A program made the translations under genes and the position numbers. A DNA stretch of 64,000 nt from NCBI RefSeq assembly GCF_009914755.1, contig NC_060948.1; one strand, written 5' to 3'. Under the pieces are notes generated by a model. The model saw only the letters and a program-made list of their open reading frames with translations, did not search any database and was not told the origin of the DNA. Numbering within the stretch: the stretch's first letter is position 1; each line of letters begins with the position of its first letter. Of the stretch, positions 40,496 to 55,000 are shown one piece after another. This DNA comes from the human T2T-CHM13v2.0 reference genome, Homo sapiens.

Positions 40496-43400
40496 ATCAC
40501 AGAGAAGTTTCTCGGAATGTTTCTGTGTAGTTTTTATGTGAAGATATTGCCTTTTCCACAATAGGCCTCAAAGCGTTCCAAATATCCAATTGCAGATTCC
40601 ACAAAAAAAGTTTTTTAAAACTGCTCAATCAAATGATAGATTAAACTCTGTGAGATTAGTGCACACATGTCAAAAAAGTTTCTCAGAATGCTTCTGTGTA
40701 CTTTTTAGGGGAAGATATTTCCTTTTCCACCATCGGCCACAAAGGACTCCAAATAACCACATGCAGATTCTAGTAACACAGAGTTTCAAAACTGCTCTAT
40801 CAAAAGATAAGTTCAACTCTGAGAGTTTAGTGCAACCATCGTGAAGAAGTTTCTCAGAATGCTTCTGAGTAGTGTTTATGTGAAGATATTTCCTTTTCCA
40901 CCATAGGCCTGAAAGCCCTCCAAATATCCACTTGCAGATCCTACAAAAAGAAAGTTTCGAAATGCTCTCTCAAACGATAGTTTCGACTCTGTGGTATGAA
41001 TACACACATCACAAAGAAGTTTCTCAGAATGCTTCTGTGTAGTTTTTAAATGAAGATATTTCTTTTTCCACCATAGGCCTCAAAGCACTCCAAATATGCA
41101 CTTCCAGATTCTACAAAAAGAGTGTTTCAGAACTGCTCAATCAAAAGGAAGGTTCCAGTCTGAGACAAATACACACATCAAAAGGTAGTTTCTCAGAATG
41201 CTTCTGTGTAGTTTTTATGTGAAGATATTTTCCTTTCCACCATAGGCCACAAATGGCTCTAAATACCCACTTACATTTTCCACAAAAAGAGAGTTTCAAA
41301 ACTGCTCTACCAAAGGTAAGTTTAACGCTGTGAGTTAAGAACATCACAAAGAAGTTTCTCAGAATGCTTCTGTGTAGTTCTTACGTAAAGATATTTCCTT
41401 TTACACAATAGGCAGAAAAGTGCTCCAAATATCCACTTGAAGATTCTACAAAAACCGTGTTTCAAAACTGCCGAATCAAAAGAAAGGTTCAACTCTGTGA
41501 GATGAATGCACACATAACAAAGGAGTTTCTCAGAATGCTTCTGTGTAGCTTTTATATGAAGACATTTAGTTTTCCACAACAGGCCTCAAAGCTCTCTCCA
41601 TATCCACTTGCAGATTCTACCGAAAGAGTGCTTCCAAACTGCTCAATCAAAAGAGACATTCAAATCTGTGAGGTGAATGCAGACATCGTAAAGAAGTTTC
41701 TCAGAATGCTTCTGTGTATTTTTTGTGTGAAGTTATTCGTTTTTGCACCATAGGCCTCCAAGCGTTCTAAATATCCACTTCTAGATTCTACAAAAAGAGA
41801 GTTTCAAAACTACTCAAACAAAAGGTTCAATTCTGTGAGTTGAAAGCAAACATCACAAAGAAGTTTCTCAGAATGCGTCTGTGTAGTTTTGATGTGAAGA
41901 TATTTCCTTTTCACAATAGAATGCAAAGGGCTCCAAATATCCACTTGGAGATTCTACAAAAAGAGTTTCAAAACCGCTCTGTCAAATGATAGGTTGAACT
42001 CCCGGAGGTGAATACACACATCACAAAGAGGTTTCTCAGCATGCTTCTGTGTAGTTTTTATGTAAACATATTTCCGTTTCTATCATAGGCCTCAAAGTGC
42101 TCCAAATATTCACTTGTACATTCTACCAAACGAGTATTTCAAAACTGCTCAATCAAATGGAAGGTTCAAAACTGTGACATGAATGCCCACATCACAAAGT
42201 AGTTTCTCAGAATGCTTCTGTGTAGTTTTTATGTGAAGATATTTCCTTTTCCACAACAGCGTGCAAAACGCTTCAAATATGCCCTTAGAGATTCCACAAA
42301 AAGAGTGTTTCCAAACTACTCAAATCAAAAAATGATTTCAACTCTGTGAGATGAATGCACACATCACAAACTAGTTTCTCAGAATGTTTCTGCCTGGTTC
42401 TCATGCGAAGATAGTTCCTTTTTCACCATAGGCCGCAATGTACTCCAAATATCCACCTGCAGATTCTACAAAAGTGAGTTTCAAAACTGCTCTATCAAAA
42501 GATCAGTTCGTCTCTGTGAGTTGAATGCATACATCAAAAAGAAGCTTCTCAAAATGCTTCTGTGTGGTTTTTCGGTGAAGATAGTTCTTTTTCTACCATA
42601 GGTCTCAAACCACTCCAAATATCCACTTGTAGATTCTATAAAAAGGAATGTTCAAAATTGCTCAATAAAAATAAAGTTTCAACACCGTGAGATGAGTGCA
42701 CAAATCACAAAGGAGTTTCTCAAAATGCTTCTGGGTAGTTTTTCTGTGAAGATAGTTCCTTTTCTACCATGGGCCACAAAGGGCTCCAAATACCCACTTG
42801 CAGATTCTACAAAAAGAGAGTTTCACAACTGCTCTATCAAACAATATGTTCAACTTTGTGGGTTGAACACAAATATCACAAGAATTTTCTCCCAATGCTT
42901 CTGTGTAGTTTTTATGTGAAGACATTTCTTTTCCCTCCATAGTCCACAAAGTGCTCCAAATATCCACTTACATATTCTAGAAAAAGATTGCTTGGAAACT
43001 GCACAATGAAAAGAAAGGTTCAAATATATGAGATGAATGCACACATCACAAAGAAGTTTCTCAGAATCTCTCTGTGTAATTTTTATGTGAAGATATTTCC
43101 TTTCCCACCTTAGGTCTTAAAACGCTCCAAATATCCACTTGCAGATACTACAAGAAGATTGTTTCAAAACTGCACAAAAAAAGAAATGTTCAATTCTGTT
43201 TGATGAATGCACACATCACAAAGAAGTTTCTCAGAATGCTTCTCTGTAGTTTTTATGTGAAGATATTTCCTTTTCCACAATAGGCCTCAAAGGGCTCCAA
43301 ATATCCACTTCCAGATTCTATGAAAAGAATATTTCCAAACTGCTCAATCATAGGAAATGTTCAACTCTGTGAGATGAATGCACACATCACAAGAAATTTC

Positions 43401-46280
43401 TCAGAATCCTTCAGTGTAGGTTTTATGAGAAGATAATTCCTTTTCCACAATAGTTCTCAAAGCACTCAAAATATCCACTTGCAGATTCTACAAAAGGAGT
43501 ATTTCAAAACTGCTCAATCAAAAGAAAGGTTCAACTCTGTGAGATGAATGGACACATCACAAAGAAGTTTCTCAGAATGCTTCTGTGTAGTATTTTTGTG
43601 AAGATATTTCTTTTCCACCATAGACCGCCAGGGGACACAAATATCCACTTTCAGATTCTACAACAAGAGAGGTTCAAAACTACTCGATCAAGAGATGGTT
43701 TCAACTATGTGAGTTGAATGCACACATCACAAAGAACTATGTCGGAATTCTTCTGTGTAGTTTTTATGTGAAGATATTTCCTTTTCCACAATAGACGTCA
43801 AAGTGATCCAGATATCCACTTGCAGATTCCACAAAAAGAGTGTTTCAAAAGTGCACAACCAAAAGAAAGGTTCAACTAGGTGAGATGAATGCACACATCA
43901 GAAGGAAGTTTCTCAGAATGCTTCTGCATAGCTTTTAAGGGAAGATACTTCCTTTTCCAACATAGGCCTCAAAGCACTCCAAATATCCTCCTGGAGATAC
44001 CACAAAAAGAGTGTTTGCAAACTGCTCAATCAAAAGAAAGATTTAACTCTGTGAGATGAATCCACACATGACAAAGAAGTTTCTCAGAATGCTTCTGTGT
44101 AGTTTTTATGTGAAGATATTTCCTTTTCCACAATAAGACCCAAAAGGCTCCAAATATTCACTTGCAGATTCTAAAAAAAACAGTGTTTCAAAACTGCTCA
44201 ATCAAAAGATAGTTCAACTCTGTGAGAAGAATGCTCACATCACTGAGAAGTTTCTCAGAATGCTTCTGTGTAGTTTTTATATGAAGATATTTCCTTTCCC
44301 ACCGTAGGCCACAAAAGGCTTCAAATATCCACTTGCAGATACTATGAAAAGAGAGTTTCAAAACTGCTCATTCAAAAGATAGGTTCAACTCTGTGGTTTG
44401 AATGCACACAGCACAAAGAAGTTTCACAGAATGTGTCTGTGTAGTTTTTATGTGCGGATGTTTCCTTTTCCACCATATGCCTAAATATTTCCCAATTTCC
44501 ACTTGCAGATTCCACAAGAAGAGTGTTTCAAAACTGCTGTATCAAATAAAGTTGAACTCTGTGAGGTGAATGCACACAGCACAAAATGGTTTCTCAGAAT
44601 GCTTCCTTGTTGTTTTTATATGAAGATGTTTCCTTTTCAACAATAGGCCTCAAAGTGCTTCAAATGTCCACTTGCAGATTCTACAAAAAGAGTGTTTCAA
44701 AACTGCTCAATCAAAAGAAAGGTTCGACTCTGGGAAATTAATGCACACATCACAAAGAAGTTTCTCAGCTTCTGTGTAGTTTTCATGTGAAGTTATTTCC
44801 TTTTCCACAATAGGCCGCAAAGGGCTCCAAATATCAACTTACAGATTCTAGGAAAAGAGAGTTTCAAAACTGCTCTACGAAAAGATAGGTTGAACTCTGT
44901 GAGATGAATGCACACATCACAAAGAAGTTTCTCAGAATGCATCTGTGTAGTTTTTACGGGAAGATATTTCCTTTTCCACCATCTTCCACAAAGGTCTCCA
45001 AGTAACCACTTGCAGATTCTACAGAAAGACACTTTAAAAACTGCTCTATCAAAAGATCAGTTCAAGTCTGTGGTTTGAATGCACACATCACAAAGAATTT
45101 TCTCAGAATGCTTCTGTGTAGTTTTCATATGAAGATATTTCCTTTTCCACCATAGGCCTCAAAGCACTCCAAATATCCACTTGCAGATTCTACAAAAAGA
45201 GATTTTCAAAACTAGTCAATCAAAAGAAAGGTTCAACTCTGTCAGTTGAATGCACATATCACAAACAAGTTTCTCGGAATGCGTCTGTGTAGTTTTTATG
45301 TGAAGATATTTCCTTCTCCACAACAGGCCTCAAAGTGCTCCGAATATCCACTTGCAGATTTTACTAAAGAGTGTTTCCAAACTGCTCAATCAAGAGGAAG
45401 TTTCAAGTCTGTGAGCTGAACGCACACATCACAAAGTAGTTTCTGAGAATGCTTCTGTGTAGTTTTTATGTGAAGATGTTTCCTTTTCCACCATAGGCTG
45501 CAAAGGGCTCCAAATATCCACTTGCAGATTCTACAAAAAGAGAGTTTCAAAAGTGCTCTATCAAAAGATAGGTTCAACTATGTGATATGAATGCACACAT
45601 CACAAAGTAGTTTCTCAGAATGCTTCTGTGTAGTTTTTATGTAAAGATATTTCCTTTTCCACCATAGGCCTCAAAGCACTCCAAATATCCACTTGCAGAT
45701 TCTACAAAAAGAGATTTTCAAAACTATTTAATCAAAAGAAAGGTTCAAATCTGTCAGTTGAAGGTACATATCACAAACAAGTTTATTGGAATGCTTCTGT
45801 GTAGTTTTTATGTGAAGATATTTCCTTTTCCACAACAGGCCTCCAGGTGCTCCAAATATCCACTTGCAGATTTCACTAAAAGTGTGTTTCCAAGCTGCTC
45901 AATCAAGAGGAAGTTTCAAGTCTGTGAGGTGAATGCACACATTACAAAGAAGTTACTGAGAATGCTTCTGTGTAGTTTTTATGTGAAGATATTTCCTTTT
46001 CCACCGCAGGCCTCAAAGCGCTGCAAATATCCACTTGCAGATTCTACAAAAAGAGAGTTTCAAAACTGCTGTATCAAAAGATAGGGTCAACTCTGCGAGT
46101 TGAATAAACACATCACAAATAAGTTTCTGGGAACGCTTCTGTATAGTTTTATGTGAATATATTTCCTTTTCCACCATATGCCTCAAAGCACTCCAAATAT
46201 CCACTTGCACATTATAGAAACATAGTCTTTCAAAACTTGTCAATCAAAGAAAGGTTCAACTCCGTGAGATGAGTGCACAC
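40496..46280 (-). repeat. HOR copy 8
   Basis: Exact period. First copy with T42173; A41916 shared with copy 6; G42713 as in copies 1-5. Confidence 0.97.
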
Positions 46281-49200
46281 ATCACAGAGAAGTTTCTCGG
46301 AATGTTTCTGTGTAGTTTTTATGTGAAGATATTGCCTTTTCCACAATAGGCCTCAAAGCGTTCCAAATATCCAATTGCAGATTCCACAAAAAAAGTTTTT
46401 TAAAACTGCTCAATCAAATGATAGATTAAACTCTGTGAGATTAGTGCACACATGTCAAAAAAGTTTCTCAGAATGCTTCTGTGTACTTTTTAGGGGAAGA
46501 TATTTCCTTTTCCACCATCGGCCACAAAGGACTCCAAATAACCACATGCAGATTCTAGTAACACAGAGTTTCAAAACTGCTCTATCAAAAGATAAGTTCA
46601 ACTCTGAGAGTTTAGTGCAACCATCGTGAAGAAGTTTCTCAGAATGCTTCTGAGTAGTGTTTATGTGAAGATATTTCCTTTTCCACCATAGGCCTGAAAG
46701 CCCTCCAAATATCCACTTGCAGATCCTACAAAAAGAAAGTTTCGAAATGCTCTCTCAAACGATAGTTTCGACTCTGTGGTATGAATACACACATCACAAA
46801 GAAGTTTCTCAGAATGCTTCTGTGTAGTTTTTAAATGAAGATATTTCTTTTTCCACCATAGGCCTCAAAGCACTCCAAATATGCACTTCCAGATTCTACA
46901 AAAAGAGTGTTTCAGAACTGCTCAATCAAAAGGAAGGTTCCAGTCTGAGACAAATACACACATCAAAAGGTAGTTTCTCAGAATGCTTCTGTGTAGTTTT
47001 TATGTGAAGATATTTTCCTTTCCACCATAGGCCACAAATGGCTCTAAATACCCACTTACATTTTCCACAAAAAGAGAGTTTCAAAACTGCTCTACCAAAG
47101 GTAAGTTTAACGCTGTGAGTTAAGAACATCACAAAGAAGTTTCTCAGAATGCTTCTGTGTAGTTCTTACGTAAAGATATTTCCTTTTACACAATAGGCAG
47201 AAAAGTGCTCCAAATATCCACTTGAAGATTCTACAAAAACCGTGTTTCAAAACTGCCGAATCAAAAGAAAGGTTCAACTCTGTGAGATGAATGCACACAT
47301 AACAAAGGAGTTTCTCAGAATGCTTCTGTGTAGCTTTTATATGAAGACATTTAGTTTTCCACAACAGGCCTCAAAGCTCTCTCCATATCCACTTGCAGAT
47401 TCTACCGAAAGAGTGCTTCCAAACTGCTCAATCAAAAGAGACATTCAAATCTGTGAGGTGAATGCAGACATCGTAAAGAAGTTTCTCAGAATGCTTCTGT
47501 GTATTTTTTGTGTGAAGTTATTCGTTTTTGCACCATAGGCCTCCAAGCGTTCTAAATATCCACTTCTAGATTCTACAAAAAGAGAGTTTCAAAACTACTC
47601 AAACAAAAGGTTCAATTCTGTGAGTTGAAAGCAAACATCACAAAGAAGTTTCTCAGAATGCGTCTGTGTAGTTTTGATGTGAAGATATTTCCTTTTCACA
47701 GTAGAATGCAAAGGGCTCCAAATATCCACTTGGAGATTCTACAAAAAGAGTTTCAAAACCGCTCTGTCAAATGATAGGTTGAACTCCCGGAGGTGAATAC
47801 ACACATCACAAAGAGGTTTCTCAGCATGCTTCTGTGTAGTTTTTATGTAAACATATTTCCGTTTCTATCATAGGCCTCAAAGTGCTCCAAATATTCACTT
47901 GTACATTCTACCAAACGAGTATTTCAAAACTGCTCAATCAAATGGAAGGTTCAAAACTGTGACATGAATGCCCACATCACAAAGTAGTTTCTCAGAATGC
48001 TTCTGTGTAGTTTTTATGTGAAGATATTTCCTTTTCCACAACAGCGTGCAAAACGCTTCAAATATGCCCTTAGAGATTCCACAAAAAGAGTGTTTCCAAA
48101 CTACTCAAATCAAAAAATGATTTCAACTCTGTGAGATGAATGCACACATCACAAACTAGTTTCTCAGAATGTTTCTGCCTGGTTCTCATGCGAAGATAGT
48201 TCCTTTTTCACCATAGGCCGCAATGTACTCCAAATATCCACCTGCAGATTCTACAAAAGTGAGTTTCAAAACTGCTCTATCAAAAGATCAGTTCGTCTCT
48301 GTGAGTTGAATGCATACATCAAAAAGAAGCTTCTCAAAATGCTTCTGTGTGGTTTTTCGGTGAAGATAGTTCTTTTTCTACCATAGGTCTCAAACCACTC
48401 CAAATATCCACTTGTAGATTCTATAAAAAGGAATGTTCAAAATTGCTCAATAAAAATAAAGTTTCAACACCGTGAGATGAGTGCACAAATCACAAAGAAG
48501 TTTCTCAAAATGCTTCTGGGTAGTTTTTCTGTGAAGATAGTTCCTTTTCTACCATGGGCCACAAAGGGCTCCAAATACCCACTTGCAGATTCTACAAAAA
48601 GAGAGTTTCACAACTGCTCTATCAAACAATATGTTCAACTTTGTGGGTTGAACACAAATATCACAAGAATTTTCTCCCAATGCTTCTGTGTAGTTTTTAT
48701 GTGAAGACATTTCTTTTCCCTCCATAGTCCACAAAGTGCTCCAAATATCCACTTACATATTCTAGAAAAAGATTGCTTGGAAACTGCACAATGAAAAGAA
48801 AGGTTCAAATATATGAGATGAATGCACACATCACAAAGAAGTTTCTCAGAATCTCTCTGTGTAATTTTTATGTGAAGATATTTCCTTTCCCACCTTAGGT
48901 CTTAAAACGCTCCAAATATCCACTTGCAGATACTACAAGAAGATTGTTTCAAAACTGCACAAAAAAAGAAATGTTCAATTCTGTTTGATGAATGCACACA
49001 TCACAAAGAAGTTTCTCAGAATGCTTCTCTGTAGTTTTTATGTGAAGATATTTCCTTTTCCACAATAGGCCTCAAAGGGCTCCAAATATCCACTTCCAGA
49101 TTCTATGAAAAGAATATTTCCAAACTGCTCAATCATAGGAAATGTTCAACTCTGTGAGATGAATGCACACATCACAAGAAATTTCTCAGAATCCTTCAGT

Positions 49201-52065
49201 GTAGGTTTTATGAGAAGATAATTCCTTTTCCACAATAGTTCTCAAAGCACTCAAAATATCCACTTGCAGATTCTACAAAAGGAGTATTTCAAAACTGCTC
49301 AATCAAAAGAAAGGTTCAACTCTGTGAGATGAATGGACACATCACAAAGAAGTTTCTCAGAATGCTTCTGTGTAGTATTTTTGTGAAGATATTTCTTTTC
49401 CACCATAGACCGCCAGGGGACACAAATATCCACTTTCAGATTCTACAACAAGAGAGGTTCAAAACTACTCGATCAAGAGATGGTTTCAACTATGTGAGTT
49501 GAATGCACACATCACAAAGAACTATGTCGGAATTCTTCTGTGTAGTTTTTATGTGAAGATATTTCCTTTTCCACAATAGACGTCAAAGTGATCCAGATAT
49601 CCACTTGCAGATTCCACAAAAAGAGTGTTTCAAAAGTGCACAACCAAAAGAAAGGTTCAACTAGGTGAGATGAATGCACACATCAGAAGGAAGTTTCTCA
49701 GAATGCTTCTGCATAGCTTTTAAGGGAAGATACTTCCTTTTCCAACATAGGCCTCAAAGCACTCCAAATATCCTCCTGGAGATACCACAAAAAGAGTGTT
49801 TGCAAACTGCTCAATCAAAAGAAAGATTTAACTCTGTGAGATGAATCCACACATGACAAAGAAGTTTCTCAGAATGCTTCTGTGTAGTTTTTATGTGAAG
49901 ATATTTCCTTTTCCACAATAAGACCCAAAAGGCTCCAAATATTCACTTGCAGATTCTAAAAAAAACAGTGTTTCAAAACTGCTCAATCAAAAGATAGTTC
50001 AACTCTGTGAGAAGAATGCTCACATCACTGAGAAGTTTCTCAGAATGCTTCTGTGTAGTTTTTATATGAAGATATTTCCTTTCCCACCGTAGGCCACAAA
50101 AGGCTTCAAATATCCACTTGCAGATACTATGAAAAGAGAGTTTCAAAACTGCTCATTCAAAAGATAGGTTCAACTCTGTGGTTTGAATGCACACAGCACA
50201 AAGAAGTTTCACAGAATGTGTCTGTGTAGTTTTTATGTGCGGATGTTTCCTTTTCCACCATATGCCTAAATATTTCCCAATTTCCACTTGCAGATTCCAC
50301 AAGAAGAGTGTTTCAAAACTGCTGTATCAAATAAAGTTGAACTCTGTGAGGTGAATGCACACAGCACAAAATGGTTTCTCAGAATGCTTCCTTGTTGTTT
50401 TTATATGAAGATGTTTCCTTTTCAACAATAGGCCTCAAAGTGCTTCAAATGTCCACTTGCAGATTCTACAAAAAGAGTGTTTCAAAACTGCTCAATCAAA
50501 AGAAAGGTTCGACTCTGGGAAATTAATGCACACATCACAAAGAAGTTTCTCAGCTTCTGTGTAGTTTTCATGTGAAGTTATTTCCTTTTCCACAATAGGC
50601 CGCAAAGGGCTCCAAATATCAACTTACAGATTCTAGGAAAAGAGAGTTTCAAAACTGCTCTACGAAAAGATAGGTTGAACTCTGTGAGATGAATGCACAC
50701 ATCACAAAGAAGTTTCTCAGAATGCATCTGTGTAGTTTTTACGGGAAGATATTTCCTTTTCCACCATCTTCCACAAAGGTCTCCAAGTAACCACTTGCAG
50801 ATTCTACAGAAAGACACTTTAAAAACTGCTCTATCAAAAGATCAGTTCAAGTCTGTGGTTTGAATGCACACATCACAAAGAATTTTCTCAGAATGCTTCT
50901 GTGTAGTTTTCATATGAAGATATTTCCTTTTCCACCATAGGCCTCAAAGCACTCCAAATATCCACTTGCAGATTCTACAAAAAGAGATTTTCAAAACTAG
51001 TCAATCAAAAGAAAGGTTCAACTCTGTCAGTTGAATGCACATATCACAAACAAGTTTCTCGGAATGCGTCTGTGTAGTTTTTATGTGAAGATATTTCCTT
51101 CTCCACAACAGGCCTCAAAGTGCTCCGAATATCCACTTGCAGATTTTACTAAAGAGTGTTTCCAAACTGCTCAATCAAGAGGAAGTTTCAAGTCTGTGAG
51201 CTGAACGCACACATCACAAAGTAGTTTCTGAGAATGCTTCTGTGTAGTTTTTATGTGAAGATGTTTCCTTTTCCACCATAGGCTGCAAAGGGCTCCAAAT
51301 ATCCACTTGCAGATTCTACAAAAAGAGAGTTTCAAAAGTGCTCTATCAAAAGATAGGTTCAACTATGTGATATGAATGCACACATCACAAAGTAGTTTCT
51401 CAGAATGCTTCTGTGTAGTTTTTATGTAAAGATATTTCCTTTTCCACCATAGGCCTCAAAGCACTCCAAATATCCACTTGCAGATTCTACAAAAAGAGAT
51501 TTTCAAAACTATTTAATCAAAAGAAAGGTTCAAATCTGTCAGTTGAAGGTACATATCACAAACAAGTTTATTGGAATGCTTCTGTGTAGTTTTTATGTGA
51601 AGATATTTCCTTTTCCACAACAGGCCTCCAGGTGCTCCAAATATCCACTTGCAGATTTCACTAAAAGTGTGTTTCCAAGCTGCTCAATCAAGAGGAAGTT
51701 TCAAGTCTGTGAGGTGAATGCACACATTACAAAGAAGTTACTGAGAATGCTTCTGTGTAGTTTTTATGTGAAGATATTTCCTTTTCCACCGCAGGCCTCA
51801 AAGCGCTGCAAATATCCACTTGCAGATTCTACAAAAAGAGAGTTTCAAAACTGCTGTATCAAAAGATAGGGTCAACTCTGCGAGTTGAATAAACACATCA
51901 CAAATAAGTTTCTGGGAACGCTTCTGTATAGTTTTATGTGAATATATTTCCTTTTCCACCATATGCCTCAAAGCACTCCAAATATCCACTTGCACATTAT
52001 AGAAACATAGTCTTTCAAAACTTGTCAATCAAAGAAAGGTTCAACTCCGTGAGATGAGTGCACAC
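46281..52065 (-). repeat. HOR copy 9
   Basis: Exact period. No private allele seen. Confidence 0.97.
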
Positions 52066-55000
52066 ATCACAGAGAAGTTTCTCGGAATGTTTCTGTGTAG
52101 TTTTTATGTGAAGATATTGCCTTTTCCACAATAGGCCTCAAAGCGTTCCAAATATCCAATTGCAGATTCCACAAAAAAAGTTTTTTAAAACTGCTCAATC
52201 AAATGATAGATTAAACTCTGTGAGATTAGTGCACACATGTCAAAAAAGTTTCTCAGAATGCTTCTGTGTACTTTTTAGGGGAAGATATTTCCTTTTCCAC
52301 CATCGGCCACAAAGGACTCCAAATAACCACATGCAGATTCTAGTAACACAGAGTTTCAAAACTGCTCTATCAAAAGATAAGTTCAACTCTGAGAGTTTAG
52401 TGCAACCATCGTGAAGAAGTTTCTCAGAATGCTTCTGAGTAGTGTTTATGTGAAGATATTTCCTTTTCCACCATAGGCCTGAAAGCCCTCCAAATATCCA
52501 CTTGCAGATCCTACAAAAAGAAAGTTTCGAAATGCTCTCTCAAACGATAGTTTCGACTCTGTGGTATGAATACACACATCACAAAGAAGTTTCTCAGAAT
52601 GCTTCTGTGTAGTTTTTAAATGAAGATATTTCTTTTTCCACCATAGGCCTCAAAGCACTCCAAATATGCACTTCCAGATTCTACAAAAAGAGTGTTTCAG
52701 AACTGCTCAATCAAAAGGAAGGTTCCAGTCTGAGACAAATACACACATCAAAAGGTAGTTTCTCAGAATGCTTCTGTGTAGTTTTTATGTGAAGATATTT
52801 TCCTTTCCACCATAGGCCACAAATGGCTCTAAATACCCACTTACATTTTCCACAAAAAGAGAGTTTCAAAACTGCTCTACCAAAGGTAAGTTTAACGCTG
52901 TGAGTTAAGAACATCACAAAGAAGTTTCTCAGAATGCTTCTGTGTAGTTCTTACGTAAAGATATTTCCTTTTACACAATAGGCAGAAAAGTGCTCCAAAT
53001 ATCCACTTGAAGATTCTACAAAAACCGTGTTTCAAAACTGCCGAATCAAAAGAAAGGTTCAACTCTGTGAGATGAATGCACACATAACAAAGGAGTTTCT
53101 CAGAATGCTTCTGTGTAGCTTTTATATGAAGACATTTAGTTTTCCACAACAGGCCTCAAAGCTCTCTCCATATCCACTTGCAGATTCTACCGAAAGAGTG
53201 CTTCCAAACTGCTCAATCAAAAGAGACATTCAAATCTGTGAGGTGAATGCAGACATCGTAAAGAAGTTTCTCAGAATGCTTCTGTGTATTTTTTGTGTGA
53301 AGTTATTCGTTTTTGCACCATAGGCCTCCAAGCGTTCTAAATATCCACTTCTAGATTCTACAAAAAGAGAGTTTCAAAACTACTCAAACAAAAGGTTCAA
53401 TTCTGTGAGTTGAAAGCAAACATCACAAAGAAGTTTCTCAGAATGCGTCTGTGTAGTTTTGATGTGAAGATATTTCCTTTTCACAGTAGAATGCAAAGGG
53501 CTCCAAATATCCACTTGGAGATTCTACAAAAAGAGTTTCAAAACCGCTCTGTCAAATGATAGGTTGAACTCCCGGAGGTGAATACACACATCACAAAGAG
53601 GTTTCTCAGCATGCTTCTGTGTAGTTTTTATGTAAACATATTTCCGTTTCTATCATAGGCCTCAAAGTGCTCCAAATATTCACTTGTACATTCTACCAAA
53701 CGAGTATTTCAAAACTGCTCAATCAAATGGAAGGTTCAAAACTGTGACATGAATGCCCACATCACAAAGTAGTTTCTCAGAATGCTTCTGTGTAGTTTTT
53801 ATGTGAAGATATTTCCTTTTCCACAACAGCGTGCAAAACGCTTCAAATATGCCCTTAGAGATTCCACAAAAAGAGTGTTTCCAAACTACTCAAATCAAAA
53901 AATGATTTCAACTCTGTGAGATGAATGCACACATCACAAACTAGTTTCTCAGAATGTTTCTGCCTGGTTCTCATGCGAAGATAGTTCCTTTTTCACCATA
54001 GGCCGCAATGTACTCCAAATATCCACCTGCAGATTCTACAAAAGTGAGTTTCAAAACTGCTCTATCAAAAGATCAGTTCGTCTCTGTGAGTTGAATGCAT
54101 ACATCAAAAAGAAGCTTCTCAAAATGCTTCTGTGTGGTTTTTCGGTGAAGATAGTTCTTTTTCTACCATAGGTCTCAAACCACTCCAAATATCCACTTGT
54201 AGATTCTATAAAAAGGAATGTTCAAAATTGCTCAATAAAAATAAAGTTTCAACACCGTGAGATGAGTGCACAAATCACAAAGAAGTTTCTCAAAATGCTT
54301 CTGGGTAGTTTTTCTGTGAAGATAGTTCCTTTTCTACCATGGGCCACAAAGGGCTCCAAATACCCACTTGCAGATTCTACAAAAAGAGAGTTTCACAACT
54401 GCTCTATCAAACAATATGTTCAACTTTGTGGGTTGAACACAAATATCACAAGAATTTTCTCCCAATGCTTCTGTGTAGTTTTTATGTGAAGACATTTCTT
54501 TTCCCTCCATAGTCCACAAAGTGCTCCAAATATCCACTTACATATTCTAGAAAAAGATTGCTTGGAAACTGCACAATGAAAAGAAAGGTTCAAATATATG
54601 AGATGAATGCACACATCACAAAGAAGTTTCTCAGAATCTCTCTGTGTAATTTTTATGTGAAGATATTTCCTTTCCCACCTTAGGTCTTAAAACGCTCCAA
54701 ATATCCACTTGCAGATACTACAAGAAGATTGTTTCAAAACTGCACAAAAAAAGAAATGTTCAATTCTGTTTGATGAATGCACACATCACAAAGAAGTTTC
54801 TCAGAATGCTTCTCTGTAGTTTTTATGTGAAGATATTTCCTTTTCCACAATAGGCCTCAAAGGGCTCCAAATATCCACTTCCAGATTCTATGAAAAGAAT
54901 ATTTCCAAACTGCTCAATCATAGGAAATGTTCAACTCTGTGAGATGAATGCACACATCACAAGAAATTTCTCAGAATCCTTCAGTGTAGGTTTTATGAGA

